Positions 50,505 to 63,161 of a stretch of 64,000 nucleotides of DNA are shown here, in pieces. Source of the DNA: Pristiophorus japonicus (lineage: Eukaryota); assembly GCF_044704955.1 (NCBI RefSeq), contig NC_091997.1, positions 62,372,001-62,436,000 of the forward strand. Reading direction: 5' to 3'. Both the position numbers and the translations under genes were made by a program. The notes below the pieces were generated by a model. It saw only the letters and a list, made by a program, of their open reading frames with translations, did no database searches and had not been told where the DNA came from. Each line of letters starts with the position of its first letter. Position 1 is the first letter of the stretch.

Positions 50505-53500
50505 TTTGGTGACGAGGTAACTTAAGAACCTTCACATGCAAAAATGAGCACAATTGGAATTCTGGAGAGATTCGTGGAGGGAGAGGACGGGGCAGATTTT
50601 GTACCTCGCCTGAACCAAGTACGTCGTGGCCAACAAAATGGAGGAACCCACTGACGCAGTTAGGCGCAGGGCGGTCGTCCTCATGGTTTGCGGTTCGAAA
50701 ATCTATGGACTCAAAGAATCTTCTCTCGCCTGCAAGTCCAACGGACAAGGACTACGAGGAATTGTGTGCTCTGGTTCGTGACCATCTCAAACCAGAAGAA
50801 GGCATCATCATCTCACGATATTGATTCTACAAGCACGTTCGTTCTGAGGGCCAGGATCTGTCGGAATTCGTTGCCGACCCAAGACGTCTAGCTGGATCAA
50901 AAACGCGTTGAGAGACATGCTGCGGGACTTCTTTGTAATCGGCATCGACCACGAGGTGATCCTGTGTAAGTTACTGGCGGCAGAGACGCTGGATTTGAGC
51001 AAGGCCATCACGATTGCCCAGGCATGCATGACAACGGACAAAAACTTAAAGCAGATATGATCAAAAAATCAGAGCTCGGCAAGTACTGTAAACGAGATTG
51101 TATCGTCGTTTGCGAGAGCTGCATATGGTAGGACCTACTCAACTGATTATGCGAAACCTGTGCCTGCTCAAAGTCCGCCAACAGGCATGAATCCGATATC
51201 ACCGTGTTGTGGGGACAATCATCGGCCTCATCAGTGTCAGTTTAAACAGTATATTTATAAAGGCTGTTCGAGACTGGGGCATCTCCAGCGCATGTGTCCG
51301 CAACTGAGCAAGTGTGCTGTGACACACCACGTGGAGGATGATGACCAGTGTGGCGCGGATCCGGATATGCAATCCGAGACACCACAGGAGGAAGTGTATG
51401 GACTGTATTCGTTCCTAACAAAGAGCCAACCGATACTGATTCATGTGAAACTTAACTGTGTGCCGATACCGATGGAATTGGACACGGGTGCGAGTCAATC
51501 AAGAATGAGCCAGAGGACATTCGGCAGGCTGTGGACACGAAGCTGAGTCCAGTCAATGCCAAGTTGCATACGTACACTAAAGAACTCATAACGGTGATTG
51601 GCAATGCAGTAGTCAAGGTGTCGTAGGATGGTGCGGTTCATGATTTACCGTTATGGATTGTTCCAGGCAATGGTCCAATGTTGTTCGGCAGGAATTGGCT
51701 AGAAAAAAATCAAATGGAATTGGAACGTTGTCGTTGGAGGATGATACTCCATGTGCTCAAGTGTTGAGCAAGTTCCCCTCACTGTTTGAACCAGGCATCG
51801 TCAATTTCACGGGAGCCAAGGTGCAGATCCACGTGGACTCAGATGCAAGACCCATCCATCATAGAGCTCGGGCAGTTCTGTACATGATGAGGGAGAAGGT
51901 CAAAATTGAACTGGAGGGATCATATCACCGGTCGAATTTAACGAATGGGCCAGCCCCATTGTTCCTGTGTTGAATGATGGCACTGTCAGGATTTGTGGAG
52001 ATTACAAGGTTACGATCAGCGAGTTTCGAAACAGGATCAATACCAGTTACCGAAGGCTGATGACCTGTTTGCAACGCTAGCCGGGGGAAAGTTGTTCACT
52101 AAACTTGATCTGACGTCGGCCTACATGACACAGGAGCTGGTCGAGACGTCGAAGAAACTTACGTGTATCAACACTCAAAGGACTGTTTACAACAGGTGCC
52201 CTTTTGGAATTTGCTTGGCTGCAGCCATATTTCAGAGGAACGTGGAGAGTCTACTGAAGTCTGTCCCTAGAACCGTCGTGTTCCAAGATGACATCCTGGT
52301 CACGGGTCGTAACACTGCCGAACATCTGAACAACCTGGAAGAGGTTCTACATCATCTGGACAAAGTGGGACTCAGACTGAAACGTTCGAAGTGCGTCTTC
52401 ATGGCACCGGAAGTCGAATTCCTGGGGAGAAAAATTGCTGCTGATGGCATCAGGCCTACGGACTCAAAAACCAAGGCCATCAAAAATACACCCAAGCCTC
52501 GGAATGTGATGGAGCTGCGTTCGTTCCTTAGTCCACTCAACTACTTTGGTAATTTCCTATCTAGACTGAGCACTTTATTAGAGTCACTGCACATACTGCT
52601 AAGAAAAGGTGACAACTGGATTTGGGGTGCGTCTCAAGATAGAGCTTTTGAGAAAGCTACTAATCTGCTTTGCTCTAACAAGCTGCTGATATATTATGAT
52701 CCGTGTCAGCGTCTAGTATTGGCCTGTGATGCTTCGTCATATGGGGTTGGTTGCGTGCTCCAACAAGCTAATGAGTCGGGTAAACTACAACCTGTTGCGT
52801 ATGCTTCTAAAAGTTTGTCAAAGGCGGAAAGAGCCCACAGCATGGTAGAAAAAGAGGCATTAGCCTGTGTGTATGGGGTTAAAAAGATGCATCAGTACCT
52901 GTTTGGTCTTCGGTTTGAACTGGAAAACGATTACAAGCCACTCATTTCATTGTTTTCGGAAAACAAAGGTATCATTACCAATGCATCGTTTCGCATCCAG
53001 AGGTGGGCGCTGACATTATCTGCCTATGATTATGTCATTCGCCACAGACCTGGCACTGAGAATTGTGCCGATGCACTGAGTCATCTGCCGTTGCCCACAC
53101 CGGACCTACTGTTAAGTTATGGATGCTTTTGAAAGTGAAGGAACCCCTGTCACTGCTCAACAAGTTAAGACCTGGACCAGCCAGGACCCAATATTATCGG
53201 TTGTAAAACATTGTGTCCTTAGTGGGGATTGGTCTGCCATACCCAAGAAAATGGGTGATGAGACCAAACCTTACAACCGTCGCAAAAACGAACTATCCAT
53301 TCAGTCAGATTGTTTACTGTGGGGTAATCGTGTTGTTATGCCTAAGAAAGGCAGAGAGAAATTTGTACATGATCTACATAGCACTCATTCTGGTATTGTC
53401 ATGATGAAAGCCATTGCCAGGTCTCATGTATGGTAGCCTGAAATTGACTCTGCTCTGGAATCATGTGTGCATCAGTGCAACACTTGCATGCAGCTAAACA

Positions 53501-53795
53501 AAATACCAGCGGAATCGCCGCTGAGTCTGTGGTCATGGCATCCAAACCATGGTCAAGGATTCACATCGACTTTGCAGGTCCCTTCCTGTGTAAGATGTTT
53601 TTTTGTTGTGGTGGATACATATTCCGAGTGGATAGAGTGTATAATCATGTCATCCAGTACATCCACAGCTACCATTGAGAACCTTTGTGTCACGATTGCT
53701 ACTCATGGTCTGCCCGACGTCATTGTAAACAACAACTGATCTTGCTTCACTAGTCTGGAGTTTCAAGAGTTCATGAAACTCAATGGCATCAAACA

Positions 53796-56700
53796 ATGAC
53801 AATTCGGAAAGATAGACAAGAAGGGAAAGGAGGTGGGGTAGCTCTGTTAATAAAGGATGATATCAGGGCAGTTGTGAGAGACGATATTGGCTCTAATTAA
53901 CAAAATGTTGAATCATTGTGGGTGGAGATTAGAGATAGTAAGGGGAAAAAGTCACTGGTGGGCGCAGTTTATAGGCCCCCAAATAATAACTTCACGGTGG
54001 GGCGGGCAATAATCAAGGGAATAATGGAGGCATGTGAAAAAGGAACGGCAGTAATCATGGGGGATTTTAACCTACATATCGATTGGTCAAATCAAATCGC
54101 ACGGGGTAGCCTGGAGGAGGAATTCATAGAATGCATACGGATTGTTTCTTAGAACAGTATCTTACAGAACCTACAAGGGAGCAAGCTATCTTAGATCTGG
54201 TCCTGTGTAATGAGACAGGAATAATAAACAATCTCCTGGTAAAAGATCCTCTCGGAATGAGTGATCACAGTATGGTTGAATTTGTAATACAGATTGAGGG
54301 TGAGGAAGTAGTGTCTCAAACGAGCGTACTATGCTTAAACAAAGGGGACTACAGTGGGATGAGGGCAGAGTTGGCTAAAATAGACTGGAAACACAGACTA
54401 AACGGAGGCACAATTGAGGAACAGTGGAGGACTTTTAAGGAGCTCTTTCATAGTGCTCAATAAAAATATATTCCAGTGAAAAAGAAGGGCGGTAAGAGAA
54501 GGGATAACCAGCCGTGGATAACCAAGGAAATAAAGGAGAGTATCAAATTAAAAACCAATGCGTATAAGGTGGCCAAGGTTAGTGGGAAACTAGAAGATTG
54601 GGAAAATTTTAAACGACAGCAAAGAATGACTAAGAAAGCAATAAAGAAAGGAAAGATAGATTACGAAAGTAAACTTGCGCAAAACATAAAAAGATAGTAA
54701 AAGCTTTTACCGATATATAAAACGGAAAAGAGTGACTAAAGTAAATGTTGGTCCCTTAGAAGATGAGAAGGGGGATTTAATAATGGGAAATGTGGAAATG
54801 GCTGAGACTTTAAACAATTATTTTGCTTCAGTCTTCACAGTGGAAGACACAAAAACCATGCCAAAAATTGCTGGTCACAGGAATGTGGGAAGGGAGGACC
54901 TTGAGATAATCACTATCACTAGGGGGGTAGTGCTGGACAGGCTAATGGGACTCAAAGTAGACAAGTCCCCTGGTCCTGATGAAATGCATCCCAGGGTATT
55001 AAAAGAGATGGCAGAAGTTATAGCAGATGCATTCGTTATAATCTACCAAAATTCTCTGGACTCTGGGGAGGTACCAGCAGATTGGAAAGCAACTAATGTA
55101 ACACCTCTGTTTAAAAAAGGGGGCAGACAAAAGGCAGGTAACTATAGGCCGGTTAGTTTAACATCTGTAGTGGGGAAAATGCTTGAAGTTATCATTAAGG
55201 AAGAAATAGCGGGACATCTAGATAGGAATAGTGCAATCAAGCAGACGCAACATGGATTCATGAATGGGAAATCATGTTTAACTAATTTACTGGAATTCTT
55301 TGAGGATATAACGAGCATGGTGGATAGAGGTGTACCGATGGATGTGGTGTATTTAGATTTCCAAAAGGCATTCGATAAGGTGCCACACAAAAGGTTACTG
55401 CAGAAGATAAAGGTACGCGGAGTCAGAGGAAATGTATTAGCATGGATCGAGAATTGGCTGGCTAACAGAAAGCAGAGAGTTGGGATAAATGGGTCCTTTT
55501 CGGGTTGGAAATCGGTGGTTAGTGGTGTGCCACAGGGATCGGTGCTGGGACCACAACTGTTTACAATATACATAGATGACTTGGAAGAGGGGGCAGAGTG
55601 TAGTGTAACAAAATTTGCAGATGACACAAAGATTAGTGGGAAAGCGGGTTGTGTAGAGGACACAGAGAGGCTGCAAAGAGATTTAGATAGGTTAAGCGAA
55701 TGGGCTAAGGTTTGGCAGATGGGATACAATGTCGGAAAATGTGAGGTCATCCACCTTGGAAAAAAAAAAACAGTAAAAGGGAATATTATTTGAATGGGGA
55801 GAAATTACGACATACTGCGGTGCAGAGGGACCTAGGGGTCCTTGTGTATGAAACTCTTTTTGAGTTTATCTGTGAAACAAAAAACATTAAACCGTGCCAC
55901 CCGCCCTGGATGACACAGCAGACATTTACAAGGCCCTTTTTTTTTTCCTTTTTTGTGGGTTTTTTTTTGTGTTTTTCTTTTTTTTGGGGTTTTTTTTTGG
56001 GCGCTAAAATCACATTTTTCCAAGTGCCCCCTCTAAAAGGGGAAGGGGACACTAAAAGCACCGGCAATTAAAACAAATTAAACTTTAAAACGTAAAATCA
56101 AATAAAAATTTGGTTGCCGGGCGTGATGATGCACTCCAGTCCCTCCGGTGCCCACCTCTCGCGGAAGGCCGCGAGCGTACCGGTGGACACCGCGTGCTCC
56201 ATCTCCAAGGACACCCTGGACCGGATGTAAGAGCGGAAGAGAGGCAGGCAGTCAGGTTGAACGACCCCCTCGACCGCCCGCTGCCTGGACCGGCTGATGG
56301 CACCCTTGGCCGTGCCCAGGAGCAGTCCTACGAGGAGGCCTTCGGACCTACCCGCTCCCCTCCGCACAGGGTGCCCAAAGATCAGGAGAGTGGGACTGAA
56401 GTGCAGCCAGAATTTCAGGAGCAGCCCCTTCAAATAATGGAACAGGGGCTGCAACCTCGTGCATTCAATAAAAACATGGAACACGGACTCTTCCAGACCG
56501 CAGAAATTGCAGGCGGCCTGGGAGTCCGTGAACCGGCTTAAAAATTTGTTGCACGGCACTGCTCCGTGCACCACCCTCCAGGCCAAGTCCCCGATGAATA
56601 GTGGGAGGACCCCTGCGTAGAGTGCCCTCCATCGGGGACCCCCGCCTCCTCCGGACGGCAGGATGGTACGCCATGGCGTGTCCGGACGGCAGGCGAGGAT

Positions 56701-58548
56701 GGCAAAGTTGAGAGTGTGCAGGAGCAGCCTGTACAGGAAACCCCTCCGCGCGGAACTGAAAGGCACGGAGGGGATTTCCCCGAGGCGGCTCAAGTTGTGA
56801 GGCGCCGGCCCCCGAGGGAGGTTCCGGGGTTTGGCGCCAATGAGGAATCCCGTCCGGACGGGGGTCAGTTCGGACGGGATCTCCCCACGTGCTTGAGCCT
56901 CCTCGATGCACCTAACGGAGTCGGGGCCCAGAGCTCTTTTTAGCGACTCGATGGCATCGGCCGCGTGGCGGACGTTGGCAGAATTTAGGCGCCGCGCCAG
57001 CGTGTCTGGCGCCATCCAGCCCGCTCCTCCGCCATCGAGCAGGTCCCTGACCCTTGTCACCTCACCAGCCACAGCCCTCTCGTCCGACCGCCACAAAAAA
57101 CCTCGGTCGTGGAGGTACGGATTCCCGAGCAGCGGCTCCTGCAGGACGGCCGCCACTCCAGCCGGTGGAGAGCTGCGCTTGGTGGAGACTTTGTTCCAGA
57201 CCCTGATGAGTTCCTTGTAAAAGACAGACAGCTCCCGGAGGGCGGTCCTGACGCCCCCCACACTCACAAACAGGAGCTGCGTGTCGTAGTTGAGGCCGTG
57301 CTGCTGCCGGAAGAAATACGTCGCCAGAGCACGCCACCTAGGAGGGAGCTCGATGTAAAGGTATCTCTGCAGGGTCTGAAGACGGAAAGTCGCGAGCTGG
57401 GTGCTGACGCACACCAACGACTGACTGCCCTCCCCAAGTGGGAGCCTCAAGATCGCCGCAGAGACCCAGTGCTTCCTGTTGTTCCAGAAGAAGTCCACCA
57501 GCTTCTTCTGTATCTTGGCGACAAACGCAGGGGGAGGGGTCAAAGTGACCAGCCGGTACCACAACATGGCGGCCACCAGCTGGTTTATGACTAGCGCTCG
57601 ACCCCTGTAGGACAGCACTCGGACCAGTCCTGTCCAGCGCCCTAGGCGAGCGGCGACCTTGGCCTCCAGCTCCTGCCAGTTCGCCGGCCAGGCTCCCTCG
57701 TCGGGGCTAAGGTAGACTCCCAGATCCAGGCAAAAGGCCTGAGCTCCTCCGGCAGGGAGTCCACCCGCCACTGACCCACTAGGAGTCCGGAACATTTTTC
57801 CCAGTTGATTCTGGCGGAGGATGCGGCCGAGTAAATCTCCTGGCACTCACGCACCAAAAAGTTAGTTTGCAGGTGCAGCAGGTAATCAGGAAGGCGAATG
57901 AAATGTTGGCCTTCATTGCGAGAGGGATGGAGTACAAAAGCAGGGAGGTCCTGCTGCAACTGTACAGGGTATTGGTGAGGCCGCACCTGGAGTACTGCGT
58001 GCAGTTTTGGTCACCTTACTTAAGGAAGGATATACTAGCTTTGGAGGGGGTACAGAGACGATTCACTAGGCTGATTCCGGAGATGAGGGGGTTACCTTAT
58101 GATGATAGATTGAGTAGACTGGGTCTTTACTCGTTGGAGTTCAGAAGGATGAGTGGTGATCTTATAGAAACATTTAAAATAATGAAAGGGATAGACAAGA
58201 TAGAGGCAGAGAGGTTGTTTCCGCTGAAAGGGAAGACTAGAACTAGGGGGCACAGCCTCAAAATACGGGGGAGCCAATTTAAAACCGAGTTGAGAAGTAA
58301 TTTCTTCTCCCAGAGGGTTGTGAATCTGTGGAACTCTCTGCCCAAGGAAGCAGTTGAGGCTAGCTCATTGAAAGTATTCAAATCACAGATAGATAGATTT
58401 TTAACCAATAAGGGAATTAAGGGTTATGGGGAGCGGGCGGGTAAGTGGAGCTGAGTCCACGGCCAGATCAGCCATGATCTTGTTGAATGGCGGAGCAGGC
58501 TCGAGGGGCTAGATGGCCTACTCCTGTTCCTAATTCTTATGTTCTTAT
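53796..58548 (+). mobile_element. CR1 LINE (most of ORF2: endonuclease + RT) inserted in the Gypsy integrase and split by a Tx1 element
   Basis: GGGVAL, YRPP, GDFN, SDH; RT ORF 54732-55793; C-terminus 57867-58454; (ttcttatg)n tail; integrase NGIKH|VRSAPFKP rejoins across it. Confidence 0.95.
55855..57854 (-). mobile_element. Tx1/L1-clade LINE, 5'-truncated ORF2 C-terminal part
   Basis: ORF 56098-57846 with LSYRGRALVINQL, CNFCGLEESVFHVFIEC zinc knuckle, upstream RINWEKCS; A-rich 3' UTR. Confidence 0.9.
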
Positions 58549-59256
58549 GTGAGGTCAGCACCATTCAAACCCGCATCTAATGGTCAAGCAGAGCGTGCTG
58601 TCCAAACCATCAAGCAGAGTACGAACGTGTAACTCAAGGTTCACTGCAGACTCGCTTGTCATGCATATTGCTGAGTTACAGGACAAGACCCCACATGCTT
58701 ACCGGGGACCCCCTGCTGAACTATTGATGGAGAGGTCTCAAGACCAAGCTCTCTCTTGTCCACCCTGACTTGAATGATCGTGTTGAATACAGACGTCAAA
58801 GTCAGCAGTGGTATTATGATCACGCTGCTGTGTCACGTGACATTTCTGTTAATGATCCTGTGTATGTACTAAATTATGGTCAAGGTCCCAAGTGGATCGC
58901 CGGTACTGTTACAGCCAAGGAGGGTAACAGAGTGTTTATCGACAAGCTCAAAAATGGGCAGATAAAGCTGCGACACACGGATGAACCGGAACAGTCTAAG
59001 GAAGACACAATCAGTGACCAACCAACCTACCCTCAGTCATCAGAGGACTCCGCTGTCATCAATGAATCTGGACTTTCAATCCCTGACGTGGTCATTGCCA
59101 CTCCCATCAGATCGGCTACCCAGCCCCCAGTCATAACAGACTCAGAACACTCGCTCAAGGCTGGAGTTGAACTGAGACGATCAACTCGGGAGCAGAAAGC
59201 CCCAGTCCATCTCAATTTGTAAAAAGACTGTTACCAATATCTTAAAAGGGGGATAT

Positions 59257-59461
59257 TGTCATGTATGTATGCTTGGGGTTACTAGCCACCAGGTGGTGCC
59301 ACTGTCGGAGGTCATTGGGCTGTACGCACGTGTGTGTGGCCCAGGTATAAAAGGCCAGCCATCATGTAATGTAATCAATTTGGGCCTTAATAAAGCAGAG
59401 CCAGGTTCGTACTTGTGTTAGTTTACAGTATTCAGTCTATCGAGTTATTACATACATAACA
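59257..59461 (+). repeat. Gypsy 3' LTR
   Basis: Direct repeat of 50307-50504, roughly 90% identical by eye plus a 7-bp indel. Confidence 0.95.
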
Positions 59462-59693
59462 GGGATAGTGGGATCACAGGGTGTATTTACAGCAGCGCCT
59501 GTGACTTTGAGACAACGAATGCAAACTCTGAAATGACGGCATGTGAATATCAACGATGGATGGAGTGTTTGCGCACAGTCCCTTTGCTATTTTAACAAGT
59601 CAGCGTGTTTCCAAAGTAATATTCACACAGGCCATAACTCCACCTGCAGATAGCTGGAGGTGGATCTGGAGGAGGCGGAGTTAAACGAGGTAC

Positions 59694-59839
59694 CTTGATG
59701 CGACCCACAGCCTCCTGGGCTTGCATCATGCGGATGTTTTTGGAGGGGTTTCGCTCAGACAGCAGCTGCGTGGAGCCCAGGTAATTGGCGGCAAAAATTA
59801 TCCCGTCGATCAGATCCTCGGGCTCACAGGGACCTGGAA
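59694..59839 (-). CDS. APBA2: APBA2 exon, PTB start ([49 protein letters not shown])
   Basis: 146 bp, aag acceptor (phase 1), gtacct donor; translated by hand, absent from the ORF track. Confidence 0.96.
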
Positions 59840-60270
59840 CTTAACCACAAACAGCACGGGATCAAAATCCAATAAACATCCCAAGTCCACTTCTAGTATC
59901 AGGGCAGCCAGCAATTCATTCACAGGCAGACAGCAAGCCGAGAGAAAATATTAAACATTATTAGCAGAATAAACAGAGCTAAGAGGCAGCAGTAGGGAGA
60001 GTAGCAGAGTATCAATTACTGGCCCGTGTGCGTTGTCAGGATTCTGAGGCTGGTCAGTATGAGCTGTGCCCTCTGGTATAGCGATGTTCTGGTACTGATA
60101 CTGATTATATCCCAGAACATCTCTCACTTCACTCAGGACGAGTGTCTGAGGGTGGGATACATCAGCCAGAGGGTTGGGAAAACATCAGATTTAATCTCGT
60201 CACGCACCAGACGCAAAACATTTAATAATGCAGATCAGTTGCTGATGTTCAATTGTATATTATTGATATA

Positions 60271-60912
60271 GAGTACAGCACTTGCTTTGGGAGTCTCGTG
60301 TCTGGCATGCGGACAATGTGGCCTGCCCAGCGGAGCTGATCGAGTGTGGTCAGTGCTTCAATGCTGGGGATGTTGGCCTGGTTGAGGACGCTAATGTTGG
60401 TGCATCTGTCCTCCCAGGGGATTTGCAGAATCTTGCGGAGATATCGTTGGTGGTATTTCTCCAGCGACTTGAGGTGTCTACTGTACATGGTCCATGTCTC
60501 TGAGCCATACAGGAGGGCGGGTATTACCCTGTAAACTCCTTCACGGCAAATGAGCCAAAGGTGGGCAGAGGAAACGTTACAGGGACATCCTCAAAGTCTC
60601 CCTGATAAAGTGCAACATCCCCACTAACACCTGGGAGTCCCTGGCCCAAGACCGCCCTAAGTGGAGGAAGTGTATCCGGGAGGGCGCTGAGCACCTCGAG
60701 CCTCATCGCCGAGAGCATGCAGAAAACAAGCGCAGGCAGCGGAAGGAGCGTGCGGCTAACCTGTCCCAACCACCCCTTCCCTCAACGACTATCTGTCCTA
60801 CCTGTGACAGGGACTGTGGCTCTCGTATTGGACTGTTCAGTCACCTAAGGACTCATTTTAAGAGTGGAAGCAAGTCTTCCTCGATTCCGAGGGACTGCCT
60901 ATGATGATGATG
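60271..60912. mobile_element. RTE LINE copy with an inverted 5' segment (60271-60533 on -, 60534-60912 on +)
   Basis: The two pieces are adjacent in intact copies; (atg)n tail; attgata on both flanks. Confidence 0.9.
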
Positions 60913-61038
60913 ATTGATAGAATAACTTTTACTAAACCATTTTTCCTGCACGGACTGACCCTTTACAAAAAGGATTCTCGCTCAACCAGCCCCGTTTGAC
61001 TAATAATTCCCATCAGGCAGTATTCCAGCAGCACTCAC

Positions 61039-61078
61039 CATCCACAAAGTTGGGAAAGGCTGACGGTTTCTTGGTTTG
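61039..61078 (-). CDS. APBA2: APBA2 40-nt exon (QTKKPSAFPNFVD + G)
   Basis: tttctcttgcag acceptor, gtgagt donor; terminal G completes GTT (Val) with the next exon; resembles human TKKVASFPSFVA. Confidence 0.88.
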
Positions 61079-61311
61079 CTGCAAGAGAAAGCAGATGTTA
61101 GCAGCTGTCCTATCCCCTCAGCGTCACACAAACTAAACTGCGGTAAATCGCATCTCGTGGAACAATAGCTCTGACTGGATATTCCCAGCACAGCTTTACT
61201 TCCAATTTACTGCCCCTGAAATTGCCGAGAGACTCACTACGGCCAATTCCAGATAACCCACCATCTGGTCAGTCAGATAGAGGGATGCTCCCCCTACAGT
61301 GCAGTTACAGC

Positions 61312-62636
61312 ACACACACTGACTCTCACTGGGGTACAGTCCCACACACACTGACTCTCACTGGGGTACGGGTCCCACACACACTGACTCTCACTGGTCT
61401 ACAGTCCCACACACACTGACTCTCACTGGGGTATGGGTCCCACACACACTGACTCTCACTGGGCTACAGTCCCACACACACTGACTCTCACTGGGCTACA
61501 GTCCCACACACACTGACTCTCACTGGGCTACAGTCCCACACACACTGACTCTCACTGGGCTACAGTCCCACACACACTGACTCTCACTGGGGTACGGGTC
61601 CCACACACACTGACTCTCACTGGGGTACAGTCCCACACACACTGACTCTCACTGGGGTACGGGTCCCACACACACTGACTCTCATTGGGCTACAGTCCCA
61701 CACACACTGACTCTCACTGGGGTACAGTCCCACACACACCGACTCTCACTGGGGTATGGGTCCCACACACACTGACTCTCACTGGGGTACGGGTCCCACA
61801 CACACTGACTCTCACTGGGGTACGGGTCCCACACACACTGACTCTCACTGGGGTACAGTCCCACACACACTGACTCTCACTGGGCTACAGTCCCACACAC
61901 ACTGACTCTCACTGGGGTACGGATCCCACACACACTGACTCTCACTGGGGTACGGGTCCTACACACACTGACTCTCACTGGGGTACGGGTCCCACACACA
62001 CTGATTCTCACTGGGGTACGGGTCCCATACACACTGACTCTCACTGGGGTACAGTCCCACACAAGCACTGACTCTCACTGGGGTACGGGTCCCACACACA
62101 CTGACTCTCACTGGGGTACGGGTCCCACACACACTGACTCTCACTGGGGTACCGGTCCCACACACACTGACTCTCACTGGGGTACAGTCCCACACACACT
62201 GACTCTCACTGGGTTACGGGTCCCACACACACTGACTCTCACTGGGTTACGGGTCCCACACACACTGACTCTCACTGGGGTACGGGTCCCACACACACTG
62301 ACTCTCACTGGGGTACAGTCCCACACACACTGACTCTCACTGGGGTACGGGTCCCACACACACTGACTCTCACTGGGGTAGGGGTCCCACACACAATGAC
62401 TCTCACTGGGGTACGGGTCCCACACACACTGACTCTCACTGGGGTACAGTCGCACACACACTGACTCTCACTGGGGTACGGGTCCCACACACACTGACTC
62501 TCACTGGGGTACAGTCCCACACACACTAACTCTCACTGGGGTACGGATCCCACACACACTGACTCTCACTGGGGTACGGGTCCCACACACACTGACTCTC
62601 ACTGGCGTACAGTCCCACACACACTGACTCTCACTG
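61312..62636. repeat. Minisatellite, 32-bp unit (gactctcactggggtacgggtcccacacacact)
   Basis: About 41 copies; abuts a family-B SINE. Confidence 0.97.
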
Positions 62637-62639
62637 TGC

Positions 62640-62915
62640 CCATGGCCATTCTGATGTGTGAGCGAAGATGGTGAGTGTTGGCAGGATATTCTATACTTGG
62701 AAGCATTTCAACCAAGCCTGGCATTTCAGGAGTCGCTGGATAGCGATCAGGAGCAGGAATCCTGGCTGATCTTACCCTTTCTTACCCAGTGTGCTGGAAC
62801 CAATTCTGGCACCCCAACCAGCGCTCCTCCCCAACACATTCCAGCTGTTTCTGCACAGACTGAGCCCTTCCCAATCCGCTGGCTCTGTGACACCGGATGG
62901 TGCTCTGAGCCATCG
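62640..62915 (-). mobile_element. SINE-like family B copy
   Basis: tggccattctgatgtgtgagc, gtgagtgttggcagg, gcgatcaggagcaggaatcctggctgat; shared with 50240-50262, 19340-19370 and 23880-23900. Confidence 0.65.
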
Positions 62916-62962
62916 GCATTGCATTAACAACTAAAGATCACAACAAAAGGAGCCGAACTCAC

Positions 62963-63043
62963 CTCGGCAACATAGTTATTGTTGAGCGGGCCATTGAGGT
63001 CGGAGCGCTGCTGTTTCCGTGGCTGCTCCGTGTCGGGAGCGAC
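62963..63043 (-). CDS. APBA2: APBA2 exon (VAPDTEQPRKQQRSDLNGPLNNNYVAE)
   Basis: 81 bp, cag acceptor, gtgagt donor; matches recalled human EQPRKQQRSDLNGPVDNNN. Confidence 0.92.
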
Positions 63044-63161
63044 CTGTCAACATACCAAAGAAACGCCTCTTTACAGCCAGTACTTCCGTACATTCATCTC
63101 TCCTCTCTATCTCACCTTCCATCCAGCCATCTATGTGACCATACATTTATATATCTGGATA

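Larger units (their letters stand above)
50307..59461 (+). mobile_element. Decayed Gypsy/Ty3 LTR retrotransposon with nested LINEs
   Basis: Two LTRs, PBS-like tggtgacgag at 50507, PPT aaaaggggga at 59244, flanks gagat/gggat; domain order Gag knuckle, protease LDTGAS, RT (FQDDILV), RNase H (LACDASSYG), integrase (HHCC, IHIDFAGPF, PASNGQAER). Confidence 0.95.

Noticed and set aside
51993-53132. 379-aa RT-RNase H ORF as a domesticated or active gene
   Set aside because: Surrounding gag, protease and integrase have stops, frameshifts and a 4.7-kb insertion; it is a dead provirus
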